From Octopus bimaculoides (Eukaryota): a stretch of DNA of 64,000 bases. The DNA lies in contig NC_068999.1 in the NCBI RefSeq assembly GCF_001194135.2, positions 3,993,277-4,057,276 of the forward strand, in the 5' to 3' direction. Below, piece after piece: positions 12,201-25,605 of this stretch. Within the stretch, counting starts at the first letter, position 1, and every line of letters starts with the position of its first letter. Below the pieces are notes generated by a model. The model saw nothing but the letters and a program-made list of their open reading frames with translations, made no database searches and was not told the DNA's origin. The translations under genes were made by a program, and so were the position numbers.

Positions 12201-13139
12201 TCGGACCGAGTAACTTCGCGCCAGCAAAAATGCAACAAAAAAGGAAATATTAGAAACTCACATCTTTTGTGTCGGTTTGTCACTCGCCATTGCAATAACA
12301 ATGAGAGACTCAACCACGGGGCCTCCACATCTGCCTCTCTTCTACCTGACCCTCAACCCATAAACATGGGCGGGGGCTTTGTATGGTCCCTTAACCTGAC
12401 AGAAATCTCCTTGTAATCTCAGCTGTCCTTTCTTTTATTACTTGTTTGGTTTGTTTGAAAAGGCTGAACCCACAGGGTTCACACACACACACACACACNN
12501 NNNNNNNNNNNNNNNNNNNNNNNNNNNNNNNNNNNNNNNNNNNNNNNNNNNNNNNNNNNNNNNNNNNNNNNNNNNNNNNNNNNNNNNNNNNNNNNNNNNN
12601 NNNNNNNNNNNNNNNNNNNNNNNGAAGGGGCAGAGATGCAGAGGGCTGACTTCTTTGAACCGAATGAAATATGGAATGAGACCCGAGTATCTGAACAGCG
12701 GTGGAACGAGACCAGCAAGTTCTAAAGAGCAGAGGCCATTGTAGTAGAGGTAGAAAAGGCAGAGAGAGGAGACATACACGTCTGGGCCTGAGGCGGGGAA
12801 TATTTTGGTGAACATCTTTGTGTAAATGAACTACGCGGAACATGGGAATTTGAAGCAAACTATTTGAGGTTCCTGCATGGAGACCACATTCTTATAGTCA
12901 TGGAGGAGTCAACTCTGGCACAGTCGTCATGGCGGTACAATACCATGTTATAGTTATTTGGTAGGAGTGGTGGTGATACTCGTTTTATGCTCACTCAGAA
13001 TGAGTGTCAAACACAACAAAAGAAGTTAGTGGCTACGAACGAAGATATAAATATTTCTATTGTTATTTTAACACCTAAAATGCTGTTTATGTGAAGATCA
13101 TTCCTTCAGTAAACCGGTTCAATCCAGTGTATGCGTGAC

Positions 13140-14400
13140 ACTGGAATAGTTTGAAAGTGATTTATATGTTTTTCTTTCTTTGTCAATGACACCCAATGTC
13201 GAAAGCTTTGAAGCGTCGATTGTTTACATTGCAGAAGGTCTCAGGATTTTGTAAATAACTGACGATAGGAAGATAGAATACAGTTTTTGTGTAACCGAGA
13301 ACAGCTCCGAAGAAGACATTNNNNNNNNNNNNNNNNNNNNNNNNNNNNNNNNNNNNNNNNNNNNNNNNNNNNNNNNNNNNNNNNNNNNNNNNNNNNNNNN
13401 NNNNNNNNNNNNNNNNNNNNNNNNNNNNNNNNNNNNNNNNNNNNNNNNNNNNNNNNNNNNNNNNNNNNNNNNNNNNNNNNNNNNNNNNNNNNNNNNNNNN
13501 NNNNNNNNNNNNNNNNNNNNNNNNNNNNNNNNNNNNNNNNNNNNNNNNNNNNNNNNNNNNNNNNNNNNNNNNNNNNNNNNNNNNNNNNNNNNNNNNNNNN
13601 NNNNNNNNNNNNNNNNNNNNNNNNNNNNNNNNNNNNNNNNNNNNNNNNNNNNNNNNNNNNNNNNNNNNNNNNNNNNNNNNNNNNNNNNNNNNNNNNNNNN
13701 NNNNNNNNNNNNNNNNNNNNNNNNNNNNNNNNNNNNNNNNNNNNNNNNNNNNNNNNNNNNNNNNNNNNNNNNNNNNNNNNNNNNNNNNNNNNNNNNNNNN
13801 NNNNNNNNNNNNNNNNNNNNNNNNNNNNNNNNNNNNNNNCAAAGGCCACCTCTATTTAGAAAGTGAATATATCTCACTGGTGTCTCTCCATTTGCCATCT
13901 TGTAATGAAGATTTGAATATTAAAACCATTTTCGTCATCTTCCTTAATACCTCTCAGATATTGGTGCCAATGTCAGAAACACTTCGATTTATGTCACTCC
14001 TCCATCTTGGTTCTTGAAAGAAAGAATTTCAAAACATCATGGGAGGAAATATTTAAAACCAGGTTCCGGTTTCTTGCACAAATCTCCTTCTAGATATCCA
14101 AAACTATAATCTTGTAAATAGATTCCAAATTACCATTTATTGGCGTGCTCACAGAATTCTCAAATGTGTTGCAACTTGCTAGAATAAATGTGGAATTAAG
14201 TGATCAAAGATTTGTGAGGTTTGCTAAATTTGGTATCAAATTCTTTTAATGTGGTTATCACGATTCTTTTATATCGATGGCGTTAGAATAATATTTGGCA
14301 GAAAACCGGTTTCCCTTCTTCATTTTAAAGCTGTTGTCTTTGATGAGAGGAAATTCGGCAATTATCTTTAGCACTTCAAGATAGTGTGCAGCAAGTCACG
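13140..14400 (-). mobile_element. Decayed LINE reverse-transcriptase region (CR1/L2/Jockey-like) spanning a gap
   Basis: Minus-strand FKAFDIGCH resembles the RT KAFDxVxH motif. Upstream remnants resemble LKPNKA..GPD and W...V.PI.K.G. Many stops and frameshifts. Confidence 0.55.
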
Positions 14401-15884
14401 TGCTCAAACGTGCAACTGTTTTTGGTTTGCTCGAGGTCATCTTCGATCAAAGACATTCTGTGTGCGACCTTCTGATTTTTTTCTATTCTTTTCAGACATT
14501 GTATATCTAAGACTACAGTATTTAATGTGATCTTCTATAATAATAAACGCGAAATTCTGTCCGTCTGAGACTCCTATATATCAGTCTACATTTTCTCTAC
14601 AGAGACATATCATACCATTTTGAAATCAGGATCATTTGGTTCTTGAACATTCAACATTGGGATCTGGTTTAAAAGCATTTGGGTTGCTATTTCTAGCCGT
14701 TAAATTTTGGCTGCTTCACGCCACCTTGGTTGGCGTTTGTCAGACAACGTCAGAGATCAAGGGGAAGATAAATGACACCCGCTTCGTTAATTTTACGTCG
14801 AGATCAGAACTTTGAGACAAACTAGCCAACAATTGGAATTCAACTTGGGACTGGAACAATAAAATGATTGCATTACAGAATTATTTCTCATCCGTCCTTA
14901 GCCTCTGATCAAACACCACCGGGGCATATAGTCATTATAGACATATTATAGACATGCTACTTAGCTCACTTTAGTTTTGGGCCACAGGCCCAATTATCTC
15001 TCTCTCTCTCTCTCTCTCTTTATCTCTATCTCTCTCTCTCTCTCTTTCTCCCTCTCTCTCTCTCTTTCTCCCTCTCTCTCACTCTCACTCTCACACACAC
15101 ACACACGTTACTCTGGCAATTCGGGATCTTTTTTCTTTAACTTCTGCCCAGATGAAACATTTGGCATATTGTCAGACTCTCCGAAACGTGTGTGTGCTTG
15201 TGTGCACGCGTAATTGTGTGCCCATACATTCATAAAAAGTACACACACACACACACACATTGTTACTCCCCGGTTACTTTAGTGATGAGAATATATCAGC
15301 TACTTAATCATTTTTTTTTATCTACAACTTTTTTAACTCATTTATTATCAAATTGTAAACAGACAAGTCCGTCGGTCAGCCCGTCCGTCGGTCAGCCCGT
15401 CCGTCCACCATTATGTTGATTCAGCTTATATGAATGTCTTATTATTCTATATTCTTAATACATTACTTTGTTTGCTGACCTAATTCGAATGGGTTCAGAG
15501 AGAGTGAGAGAGACAAGATTACAGCAGAGATGTAAGGGCGTTCCTGGCGTTTTGCACTCGACGACCTCGTGTTGGAACAGCTTCGCTCAAGATGAGCTTG
15601 GAAACAGGAGACAAAATAAATGCATATAACCTGGCCTGCGTATGTTATACAGATAAAACGTCATCGTTTAAGGTCAGGTTTCCATGCTGGCATGGGTTGG
15701 ACGGTTTGACGAGAGCTAGTGTCCTCCATCAGTTTCAACGATGAGCATGCACTTGTTTGACCAGCCTCCTCATTGAAATATCATATAAGTGGCTGAGTAC
15801 ACCACCAACACATGTACCCGTGACAAAAAATCTTCAGGTAGACTTTGTGTGACTGTACAATGAGGCTAGATTTTTGTGTAGGTA

Positions 15885-15923
<39 letters not shown>

Positions 15924-18900
15924 TGTGTGTGTGTGTATTCAGATGTGTGTGTATTCAGATGTGTNNNNNNNNNNNNNNNNNNNNNNNNNNNNNNNNNNNN
16001 NNNNNNNNNNNNNNNNNNNNNNNNNNNNNNNNNNNNNNNNNNNNNNNNNNNNNNNNNNNNNNNNNNNNNNNNNNNNNNNNNNNNNNNNNNNNNNNNNNNN
16101 NNNNNNNNNNNNNNNNNNNNNNNNNNNNNNNNNNNNNNNNNNNNNNNNNNNNNNNNNNNNNNNNNNNNNNNNNNNNNNNNNNNNNNNNNNNNNNNNNNNN
16201 NNNNNNNNNNNNNNNNNNNNNNNNNNNNNNNNNNNNNNNNNNNNNNNNNNNNNNNNNNNNNNNNNNNNNNNNNNNNNNNNNNNNNNNNNNNNNNNNNNNN
16301 NNNNNNNNNNNNNNNNNNNNNNNNNNNNNNNNNNNNNNNNNNNNNNNNNNNNNNNNNNNNNNNNNNNNNNNNNNNNNNNNNNNNNNNNNNNNNNNNNNNN
16401 NNNNNNNNNNNNNNNNNNNNNNNNNNNNNNNNNNNNNNNNNNNNNNNNNNNNNNNNNNNNNNNNNNNNNNNNNNNNNNNNNNNNNNNNNNNNNNNNNNNN
16501 NNNNNNNNNNNNNNNNNNNNNNNNNNNNNNNNNNNNNNNNNNNNNNNNNNNNNNNNNNNNNNNNNNNNNNNNNNNNNNNNNNNNNNNNNNNNNNNNNNNN
16601 NNNNNNNNNNNNNNNNNNNNNNNNNNNNNNNNNNNNNNNNNNNNNNNNNNNNNNNNNNNNNNNNNNNNNNNNNNNNNNNNNNNNNNNNNNNNNNNNNNNN
16701 NNNNNNNNNNNNNNNNNNNNNNNNNNNNNNNNNNNNNNNNNNNNNNNNCACCGCACCCCCCGCACCCCCCACGACCCCACCACCATCACCATACACAACT
16801 ACTGTCAACATCTCTCCAAGCCACAAGCAGCGCACCTGCACCGCACCATGGTTCCCAGCTCCTAACATGCCATTCACTGATAAACTTCCTTCTTCATAAT
16901 CACCAGCTCAGTGCATACATTCACACACACACACACACACACACCTACACACACACACACATTCACACACATGTACACATTCACAGGCATACATATATAC
17001 ACACACATACACATACATACACACACACACACATATTCACATGCATACATATATACACACACGTACACATACATACACACACACACATTCACATTCACAC
17101 CCACATGTACACATACACATGCATACATATATACACACACGTACACATACATACACACACTCACACACACACACACACTGTACAAAAGATATGGTCATAT
17201 TTTCAAGATATCTGTCTACCAACTGGTAGGTTGTGGGTTCTATTCCAGGTTAGATATTAGGTTATGGTCCTCAGCTGAACATTAAGATTTTTACAAGTTT
17301 TTTCCGCTGAAACAAAATGACTGAGAAAGTTCAGCATGGGGAATTGTTATCTTATCCAGGAGCATAATGTTTCGTCGATATAATATTACTGAAACCAGTG
17401 GTCAACACATGTTTGCATGTGACGTTATTACTGCTGTTGTTTGTCCACTGGTCATCAGTCCTGAGCCAGCAGACATACGGTCAAAGATGTTCCGAATGCG
17501 ACCATTCCATCTTTAGTCAGACATAATAATATATCGAAGACTGCATTATCTAATGTGTACTCTAAGGATGCGACCTGAGGGAAGTGTGACTGTTATTTCT
17601 AGCAGTCTGTGTGACCTCATAGCGTTTCTCTCATCGCTTATGGGATACTGCCAGACATTTTGTCAGCCAATTTTCCTGATTCTGCCAAGTGATGCCACTA
17701 ACATAAAAAAGAAACCCATCAAACTAACAATAAAATCTCTTTAAGGTCACTCCACCTGCTAGAAATCACAGCTAAATCTCCTCCATATCACACCAACCAT
17801 CTAAAAAAAAAAGGAAAAGACACATTGCAAAATGTAGTCTTAAATACTCTATATTTTGGAGGGATGGCCACTGATGAAACATTTGTTATCAAAGATCTGC
17901 TCTGTCACAAGTGACCTAGAGCTGAACAATTACAACTTGCAACATATGTTAATTGTTACTTTCATTAATTAAAAACTCTTAATTAATTTTTAATTACATA
18001 AATTAGAGGCTGTAAATAGCCTATAACTGTAATTTCTTCTTTATCAAAACACAAATCAACTTAATGTTTTTCTTTCTTCCCCCTCACCTTTTCTCACAGT
18101 CACATGACATCTCTAGTCACATGATGTCTTTAATCACATGACTATACATTTCCAGAAACGATATTTAACGTCTTCACTATATCTTCATTATTTTCATTAA
18201 CGAGAGTAGATCTACCCATAGATATCCATTCTTGGGTTGGACTTGCTGAGGAGATACTATCACTGAACTACCTGCTCATAGGTCATGAGTTCAAACTCAC
18301 ATGTATCCAATGTAAGCAGCATTGTATAACAAAACACTGATTAATTTTCAGTGCTCCTACTGCTTACATTAGCATAGTTTACCTAAATGTACTTCTGGCT
18401 TAATAGAAGTGGGATTGTAGTAGATATCGTAATGGTGTAGTAGCCATAGGTCTTAACAGAGCAGACCAAAGATTATAGATGCTCCATCTATGACCATCCC
18501 ATCTATTTTGTATATCCAACATTACATTATCCGATGTAGCCTGTTTTTTTTTAAGATAAATCTGATTTTAAACAGATTTGAATGTTATTTCTAGTAAATT
18601 GAGTTGCCACATAGAGGCTCTCTTACATATGCTTAGATGGACTTTACCTCAGAGATTCAACGGTGTCTGTCAAATAGTATCACATTAAAGTCATGAAGAA
18701 TGTGTGTCAAAGACACATTGGTGCACCGTCACATACTGGAGTCAACAATTAGCTAATGTCAATAAAAGTCACACCATCACACTAATGACGGATGCAGATT
18801 GATTGCTATTCGTCATTTTTCTCAACTGCCAAACAACTCTTATAAACATGATTACCAAAAGTTGTGTCTATAATGTTTTTTTATTATCGATATATATTGC

Positions 18901-19394
18901 TTGTATTATTGTACTTGCAGTGAAGTGATATAAATAGTCCAAACATAAATCAAATAATACAGGATTAGCAGAAGAATTCTAAACCTAATATCTTAATCCA
19001 GGTGTACCAGTTCAAGTCAGGTATAGATTACCAGATTGCTGTATTTATATAATTATTTTTTACCTGACTATGAATACAATTAAGTGACTGAATTCCATTG
19101 AGTGTTTCTAGAGCGTCTGCCGTGCTTGCCAAAAGAAAATAATGAAGTCTCGAACTGTTTTGATTCATCATAATAGTGACAAAGAATCAAGAACTGTGTA
19201 TATAAGAAAGAAGACAAATTTGAATGTGGAAAAACTAGTCAAAGACTATGTTGGAAAAAAAAAAATGGTTAATTATAACTAGCAGAACCTATGGGAATTC
19301 CACATCGTATTTTCCTTCATTCTATTTGCTATAGAATTCCATTGCAGTATTTCTTTATAATAATTATTTCAAATTTTTGTCACAAGGGCAGTTT

Positions 19395-19579
19395 GGGGGA
19401 AGTGGTGACGAGTTGATTACAATCGACCCCAATGTTTAACTGGTACTTATTTTATCAACCTCAAAAGGATGAAAGGTAAAGTCAACCTTGGCAGAATTTG
19501 AACTCAGAACGTAGCGACTGGCAAAATACCACTAAGCATTTTGTCCAGCATGCTAACAATTCTACCAACTTGCCACCTT

Positions 19580-19630
<51 letters not shown>

Positions 19631-19750
19631 CCTTTCAGAGATAGGCACAAAGCCTGAAATTTGAGGGAGAAGGGGTAAGTTGATTACATCAACCCCAGCG
19701 TTTCACTGGTACTTAATTTATTGAACCTGAAAGGACAAAAGGCAAAGTCC
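19395..19750 (-). mobile_element. Two SINE family A copies separated by (AAT)n
   Basis: Reverse complement of the family A head and core: aaaaggatgaaaggtaaagtcaaccttggcagaatttgaactcagaacg. Confidence 0.8.
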
Positions 19751-20576
19751 GTAATTGATGTGAGCTTACATTAACTGCGTAAGAAAACCTTGTCACGATT
19801 TGAGTCCACTGACTGCTAACTAGTCAGGCTATCACTGGTCACACCCTAGTGAGAAACTACCTTTTCAAGTTGATTGATAACAATATCAATAACAGTTCAA
19901 CCTCATTAGTTCAATAGTTCCATCATGATGTTGTTGTTGTTGTTTAACCCCAGGTCAGTCTGGAGTTAAGCAACAACTTATTCAGCAATGACCATTTAAC
20001 AAGTTAAAAGAACATTTTTCATTTTCACTTATTTCCTTATTTGGTATGGCCACAGCAGACACTCCTGGCCAGTTTACTGTAAATCGTTAACAAGTTTGTC
20101 GTAATTTATAATTATAAGTAAATATTCCAGTAAAGATTGTTTGATAAATAGAATTCATTTATATTTAGCATTTGGAACGTAGCTTGGCCAATGAATAGAC
20201 AGGATATAAATGCAAGAAGTTAAAACAACAAATGGTCTGTCAACACTTACTTCATCTTCCAAGTTGTTATGAATAATTAGAAGTAAACATTTCAATAAAG
20301 TTAGTTTAATAAATATAATTCTGTATTTGGAATGTAATTTTGGCCAATGAAAAGACTGAATGTAAATGAAAGAAAAACAATGAATGCTTTGTCAACATTT
20401 TCTTCGTCTTACATGAAAGTATTCCATTGTAAAGAGAGCATTCATCTTAATAAATCAACATGTGGTAGGGCCTTGCGTATGTAATAGGAGTTGAAAAACT
20501 TCAATGAGCTGTGATTATCTATGCAATTAGGAAACAAAAACTTTCTCTAGGGGTGTTTAAAATCTAAAGAAAAGAA

Positions 20577-20697
20577 ATGAAAGGAGAAAATGACTCCAAT
20601 AAGATCAGACGATTGAAATTTTTGAAAAATTTACAGGATGCTGATGGAATGGATTTTTGTCTTTCAGACATGACAATTCCACTTTTTATAAAATGTA
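20577..20697 (+). CDS. Candidate alternative 5' exon (MKGENDSNKIRRLKFLKNLQDADGMDFCLSDMTIPLFIKC + A), or a 30-nt exon 20668-20697
   Basis: ATG at 20577 with an upstream in-frame TAA, 40 open codons plus 1 nt, and donor GTGAGT at 20698 in phase 1. An internal acceptor tttttgtctttcag| at 20667 is also phase 1. Confidence 0.35.
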
Positions 20698-21972
20698 GTG
20701 AGTTCTATTCGTGAAAGATGTTTGGTAATTAAAGAAATTAAGTTTTGGAATGCATCTGAAAGCAAAGAATTCAAATACTGTATCGTAAAATGGTCCTAAA
20801 AAAATGGCAACATGTTTTGATGCTTACTCTCCCTGTTTCAGAAGAATGGACACTGTCTTCCTCTTGATGACAGTTAAGTAGTTAGGAATTGATGCATGTA
20901 CTGTCCATCAAAGAATTTGGCATACCTCGACTCTGTTCATGTTCTATTACGTCTGTTTATTTATTCTAAGGGAATGGTTAGCAAGAAATATCTAAATCTA
21001 CGATAGATGTTCAAAAAGAAAATCAGAATCCAATCGTATTTTTACAAAAATGTACCTTCCATTAAAAACAACACAAAAACAGGTAAAGTTGGTTTAAAAA
21101 AAAATAAACCTACTTAAAACTGGTTGACATATCAGCGTGTTTGGTTAGCTTTTAAAAATATCTTGAATTAGATGACTACTGAAGCATATCAGCAGAGCAT
21201 TTCCAATGCGTTCTACTATTAAGCTGTTTAAAGTCTTTTATGTGTAGCAAATGGCAGGTGTGGTGTTTAGAAAGCAGATGGAGCCTGTTTTACAAGCTCT
21301 GACAATATTTAAGCTCCACGTTCACTGATTCATTTACACAGAAATAGAAAAATGTCAAGATTGCATGTCGTAGATTTTATTTCTAAAAACCTGTTTCCCA
21401 GCTGTATTTATTATTAACGTCTGATTTTTAAACTAGGGATAACACCATTTCCAGCCTGTAGTGGTGAGATACATATTTTACAGAATGACAAGGCTTATTT
21501 ATGCCATCACTCCATGATCAATAATGTGAGTACCAGTTACATACTGGGATCAATTCAATAGATCGTATAACTCTCTTAAAAAAAAATAACATGCTAAGGG
21601 AAATAACTGAAGTTGATCAGTGTCAAGAATTTACATAAATCAGGATGATGATGAATTGAAATTTCTCTTCCATTTAAGATGGACAAAACTTAGCAAACTG
21701 TCAGAGAAAAAGAGGTGATGATTTTAAGAGATTAAGGTTTAATTTCACTAAATTAATTTACATCCTAGGTAGAAAATCTGATTCTTTCAGACTAGCAAGG
21801 GGTAGACAATTAGTGACATGCTTTCGTGTTATTAGACCTCATCAGTTTAGTATAATCTACTACTGTGATCAATTGATAAAGGATTTTTAAAATTTTGTAT
21901 TGTTGTGATTGATATATAAAAATAGGGTATTATGGAAAATTATTCAAATGGGTCAAGGGTATGAAATTATTT

Positions 21973-22192
21973 CCCTTCCGCATTCAGATTACTCTGTCTA
22001 CTATAATGATTATTTAGTCACATTGTTTTGAATAAATCATGCATTATCTTGTAGATTGAAGATGTCAATGGTATGTTTTCATATTTTTAGAATGACATTG
22101 TAGGGTAGGTGTGAGAGGCTGGATTAGGTCAGTTTTAACATAAAGCAGGTAGAATATCTGGGCCAGATATGGCCAGATTAAATGCTAAAGAG
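21973..22192. mobile_element. piggyBac-like MITE (family G)
   Basis: Ends resemble CCCTTTAGCATT...AATGCTAAAGGG, with TTAA at 22193. A second, diverged copy starts TTAA|CCC at 24967-24973. Confidence 0.5.
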
Positions 22193-23084
22193 TTAATAAT
22201 GCAGAACTAAATACCCAATGTGTGAATATACAGGTTGGTCATGACTGGCATACTTTTGATTATAGGTGTACTTGGTTAGAGCCTTCCTGGGGCAGGACAG
22301 CCACAACAACAACAGGTACTACTCCTCTTTTATCTCAGGCTAAGAGGTCAACGATGGGAACAACAACCTACATGGTATACACAAATCTTAAGAATTCCTC
22401 TAATGATTTATCGAATGTCAGAATTTACAGACATTGTCTACCCACACATAACTGGAATGAGTCGTCTGTATTTATAATATATAAATTAATGAATATAAAC
22501 ATATTTTACTGTGCTTGCTTGACTAAATACAAGAAAATATATATTTCACAGTGGATAACTCAAATAGATATTAATGTCATATATACGTTATAGAAGTGAA
22601 AGACGTGGCAGTGGCGGTGGCGGTGGCGGCGGCGGTGTGATAATTCGGTTGTTGTTTTTTTTGTGGGGGGGGGGTTATGGTAACTTGGCTCATTATGTTG
22701 GGGAGTTGTTTGCAAAGATTGCTGAGTGTCTTATGAAAGAGAAGGAGGGATGTACACCACATATGCACTTATATATATACATACATACAACATATATATA
22801 CATACACACACACACATACCACAGTGTGTGTGTGTGTCTATATATATATATATATATAAATATACATACATATATATGTAGGGTCATTTCATCATGTTGA
22901 ACCATTAATCCCTACAGGTTTTTCTCTCTCCATTTTTTGTTCTCTCTCTCCATTTTTTGTTCTCTCTTCGCTTTTCTCATTCATTCTCCATTTTTTTCTT
23001 CTCTCTCCATTTTTTTCTTCTCTCCATTTTTTTTTTTATTCTCGCCATAGTTTTTCATTCTCTCTCTCCGCTTTTTGATGCTCA

Positions 23085-23200
23085 ATCCTTTCTGTCAAAG
23101 AGCATAGGCTCAAAACATCAAAGTCTTTTCCATTCTTCCCAAGCGTTAAATTAATACACCTGCTGATTGTTCTTTCACCTGTCTTCATCTTTTATTTTCT
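23085..23200 (+). mobile_element. Dispersed repeat, possibly a Penelope-like element end; second copy at about 49020-49200 on the minus strand
   Basis: cctttctgtcaaagagcataggctcaaaacatcaaag...cccaagcgttaaattaatacacc aligns with the reverse complement of 49045-49150. Confidence 0.55.
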
Positions 23201-23211
23201 CTAAATTTGAA

Positions 23212-23253
<42 letters not shown>

Positions 23254-23369
23254 GGGGTGAAAATTCTGGAGAATCAGTATACACCATGTAGCAAAATTAT
23301 GAAGTGAAAATATGGGGAAAACATATAAAAAAAAGGAGGGAAGAGAAATGCCTCCATTTCCCATAGTTT

Positions 23370-23520
23370 TAAGCTTTGTGTTCTGAGTTTAAATTCCAAA
23401 GAGATTGACTTTACCTTTCATCCTCTCGGGGTCATTAAATCAAATATCACTTGAGCCCTGGGGTTAAATGCAATGGATTGTCCCATGCCTATCAATTTCA
23501 GGTTTTGTACCTATAAGAGA

Positions 23521-23551
<31 letters not shown>

Positions 23552-23910
23552 GCTATTATTATTTTCATGATCGCCATCTTGGCATTCATATTATATCTAC
23601 TTCTGTCTAGTTTTCTTTAAACTCAACGAAGCAATACTTTCAATCATTTAATACTTTGTTTTTTAATTGAATACAAAACCAAATGACCCAGTCTTCAACA
23701 ACGAAATCTATGTGGGTGGTGACATATTGAATGTATGAAATATTAAAAAGCTAACAGAGTATAAAAATATACAGTGTGTCAAAAAATATACTCCTCAATT
23801 TCAAAATAAAAGAAATTATTGTGTTTGTTATTATTATCCTAAGGTAAAAGCAGTGAGCTGGCAAGAATCATTAGCATGCTGGGCGAAATGCTTCGTGGTA
23901 TTTCGTCTGC
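23370..23910 (+). mobile_element. Two SINE family A fragments (23370-23520 and 23845-23910)
   Basis: ttctgagtttaaattcc...ctttcatcctctcggggtca, and gtgagctggcaagaatcattagcatgctgggcgaaatgc. Confidence 0.65.
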
Positions 23911-24357
23911 GGCTACTGACCTGAAATTACTGAATTTGAACTGGTTAAAAATATTTAACCTGAGAAGGTAAAGAGGATTCTCACAGAAGTTCTCTTTGGT
24001 TTCTTTCTAATGCCTCTTTTTAAAAAATTATTCTAAATGGATCTCCACCAGTTTCAGTGATGATTTCCATCAATTTAATCATTGAATGAGCATATAAATG
24101 ACTGAGTATTCCAGATACACTTCTTAATGTAACCTTCAAGTAGAATCAGTATGATACTTGGTTCTTTGTATTATGGAAACAATCCACTAAACAGGCTTCC
24201 ACACGGTTTCCATCACAAAATTTGAGTCGATCTGTGTCTGTCAAAGACACCCAAGATGCTATACTGGAGGATTGAACCCAGGAACTCTTAATTACAGCAA
24301 ACATCTTAACCATACCCACATTTTCAATTAAAGCTATTTTCTTCATCTCATGTGGCC

Positions 24358-24390
<33 letters not shown>

Positions 24391-24566
24391 TAATAAATTC
24401 GTCTTATATCAAATGTGAGCAATTCTTTCTTTAAGCATTTTTTGGTACCTAAAGAGATTGAGGTCTAGGGAAGAACTTGGACACCCAGAATTCAAATTTT
24501 GTATTGGCATGTAGCAGGAGTCAGCAAGTTAACCCTTTCAAGGGAGCCAATTTTTGATAGCCTGAT

Positions 24567-24580
24567 GTAACCATAGCAAC
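24567..24580. promoter_or_regulatory. RFX X-box motif GTAACCATAGCAAC
   Basis: Exact match to GTNRCC-N2-RGYAAC. A partial second site, GTTGCCATGGTAC, lies at 24746-24758. Function is not shown. Confidence 0.35.
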
Positions 24581-24970
24581 TACATCCTTATACAATCACC
24601 CCTATACACTCTCATGATCCCTCTACAAGACCAGCCTTGTGACACAGTTACCCACAGACGCCTCGATGCCATTCTTTCGCCTTCTTTGAACAGAACGACA
24701 AAGACCCACATATAATACAACACAACCACTGCATTGAATAACCTCGTTGCCATGGTACTGTGCTGACCTCATTATTACTCCAGAGCTCAAGTCTACACAA
24801 AGCATATATCATATATATTGCGTGTATTAAAACCAAGTACTTTCTGGTTTTCTTCTTTTTGACAATTCAGAACTGAGTGGGTGTCAGAAGTGGGACATGG
24901 CTGATCGCTGATGTGGTTTGTTGGCATTTTGGACAAATATTTCACTTGTTGCTGAATTTTTTTCTCTTAA

Positions 24971-25137
24971 CCCATTTACATTCATATTTCCCCATCAAAT
25001 CAGATGCTTATTGTTTTCAATTAATCATGCATTATCTGATAGCTTTGAAATTTCAGTGATGTGATTGTTTATTTTTAGAGAGATATTGGAAGGTGGGTGT
25101 GAAAGGCCAGATCTGGATGGTTTGGACATGGGTTGAA
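24971..25137. mobile_element. Second, diverged family G MITE
   Basis: Shares ttaatcatgcattatct...agctttga...tttatttttag...gtgtgaraggc with 21973-22192. Confidence 0.55.
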
Positions 25138-25237
25138 CATGTCTGTTGCACAGTATATTGTTCCTTTAAGATCCAACTTCTCCAGATCTTACCTACATGT
25201 GTGTTGGCTTTGAATGTGTGTGTTTAAGTGTCTTCTG

Positions 25238-25542
25238 TAGAGGCACACGGCCTAGTGGTTAGAGCAGTCGAGGGATCATGGGTTCGAATCTCAGACCGGG
25301 CAATGTGTGTGTTTATAAGCGAAATACCTAAAGCACCACGTGGCTCCGGCAGAAGGTAATGGCAAACTTCTGCTGACTCTTTCGACGCAACTTTCTCTCC
25401 TTCTTTCCTCCTGCGTCTAGCAGCTCACTTGTGACAGACAGACTGGCGTCCCATCCATGTGGGGAACCTATATGCCAATGAAACCGGGAAACTGGCCCTC
25501 ATGAGCCAGACATGGCTTGAGAAGGAACAAACAACAACAACA
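25238..25542 (+). mobile_element. tRNA-derived SINE with RTE/Bov-A-like segment and (AAC)n tail
   Basis: A-box-like CGGCCTAGTGG (25248), B box GGTTCGAATC (25281), gaaggtaatggcaaac resembling RTE-derived Bov-A sequence, and tail caaacaacaacaac. Confidence 0.75.
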
Positions 25543-25592
25543 CCCAGTAGTGTCTTCTAAGACATAACCAAAAGGGTTTGGGGACAGGAAGA

Positions 25593-25605
25593 ATGTCTTA
25601 CCATA
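25593..25605 (+). CDS. Candidate short alternative first coding exon (MSYH + A)
   Basis: aga-ATG TCT TAC CAT A|GTAAGT. Phase 1, in frame with the acceptor at 25814 through a 208-nt intron. Very short, so chance is not excluded. Confidence 0.3.

Noticed and set aside
21050-21082. ATG...CAG|GTAAAG mini-ORF (MYLPLKTTQKQ)
   Set aside because: Phase 0, so it is incompatible with the 25814 acceptor; no other support.
25238-25300. tRNA gene interpretation of A/B-box sequences (also 51430-51494 and 52530-52612)
   Set aside because: No complete cloverleaf, and each continues into a multi-copy SINE body.
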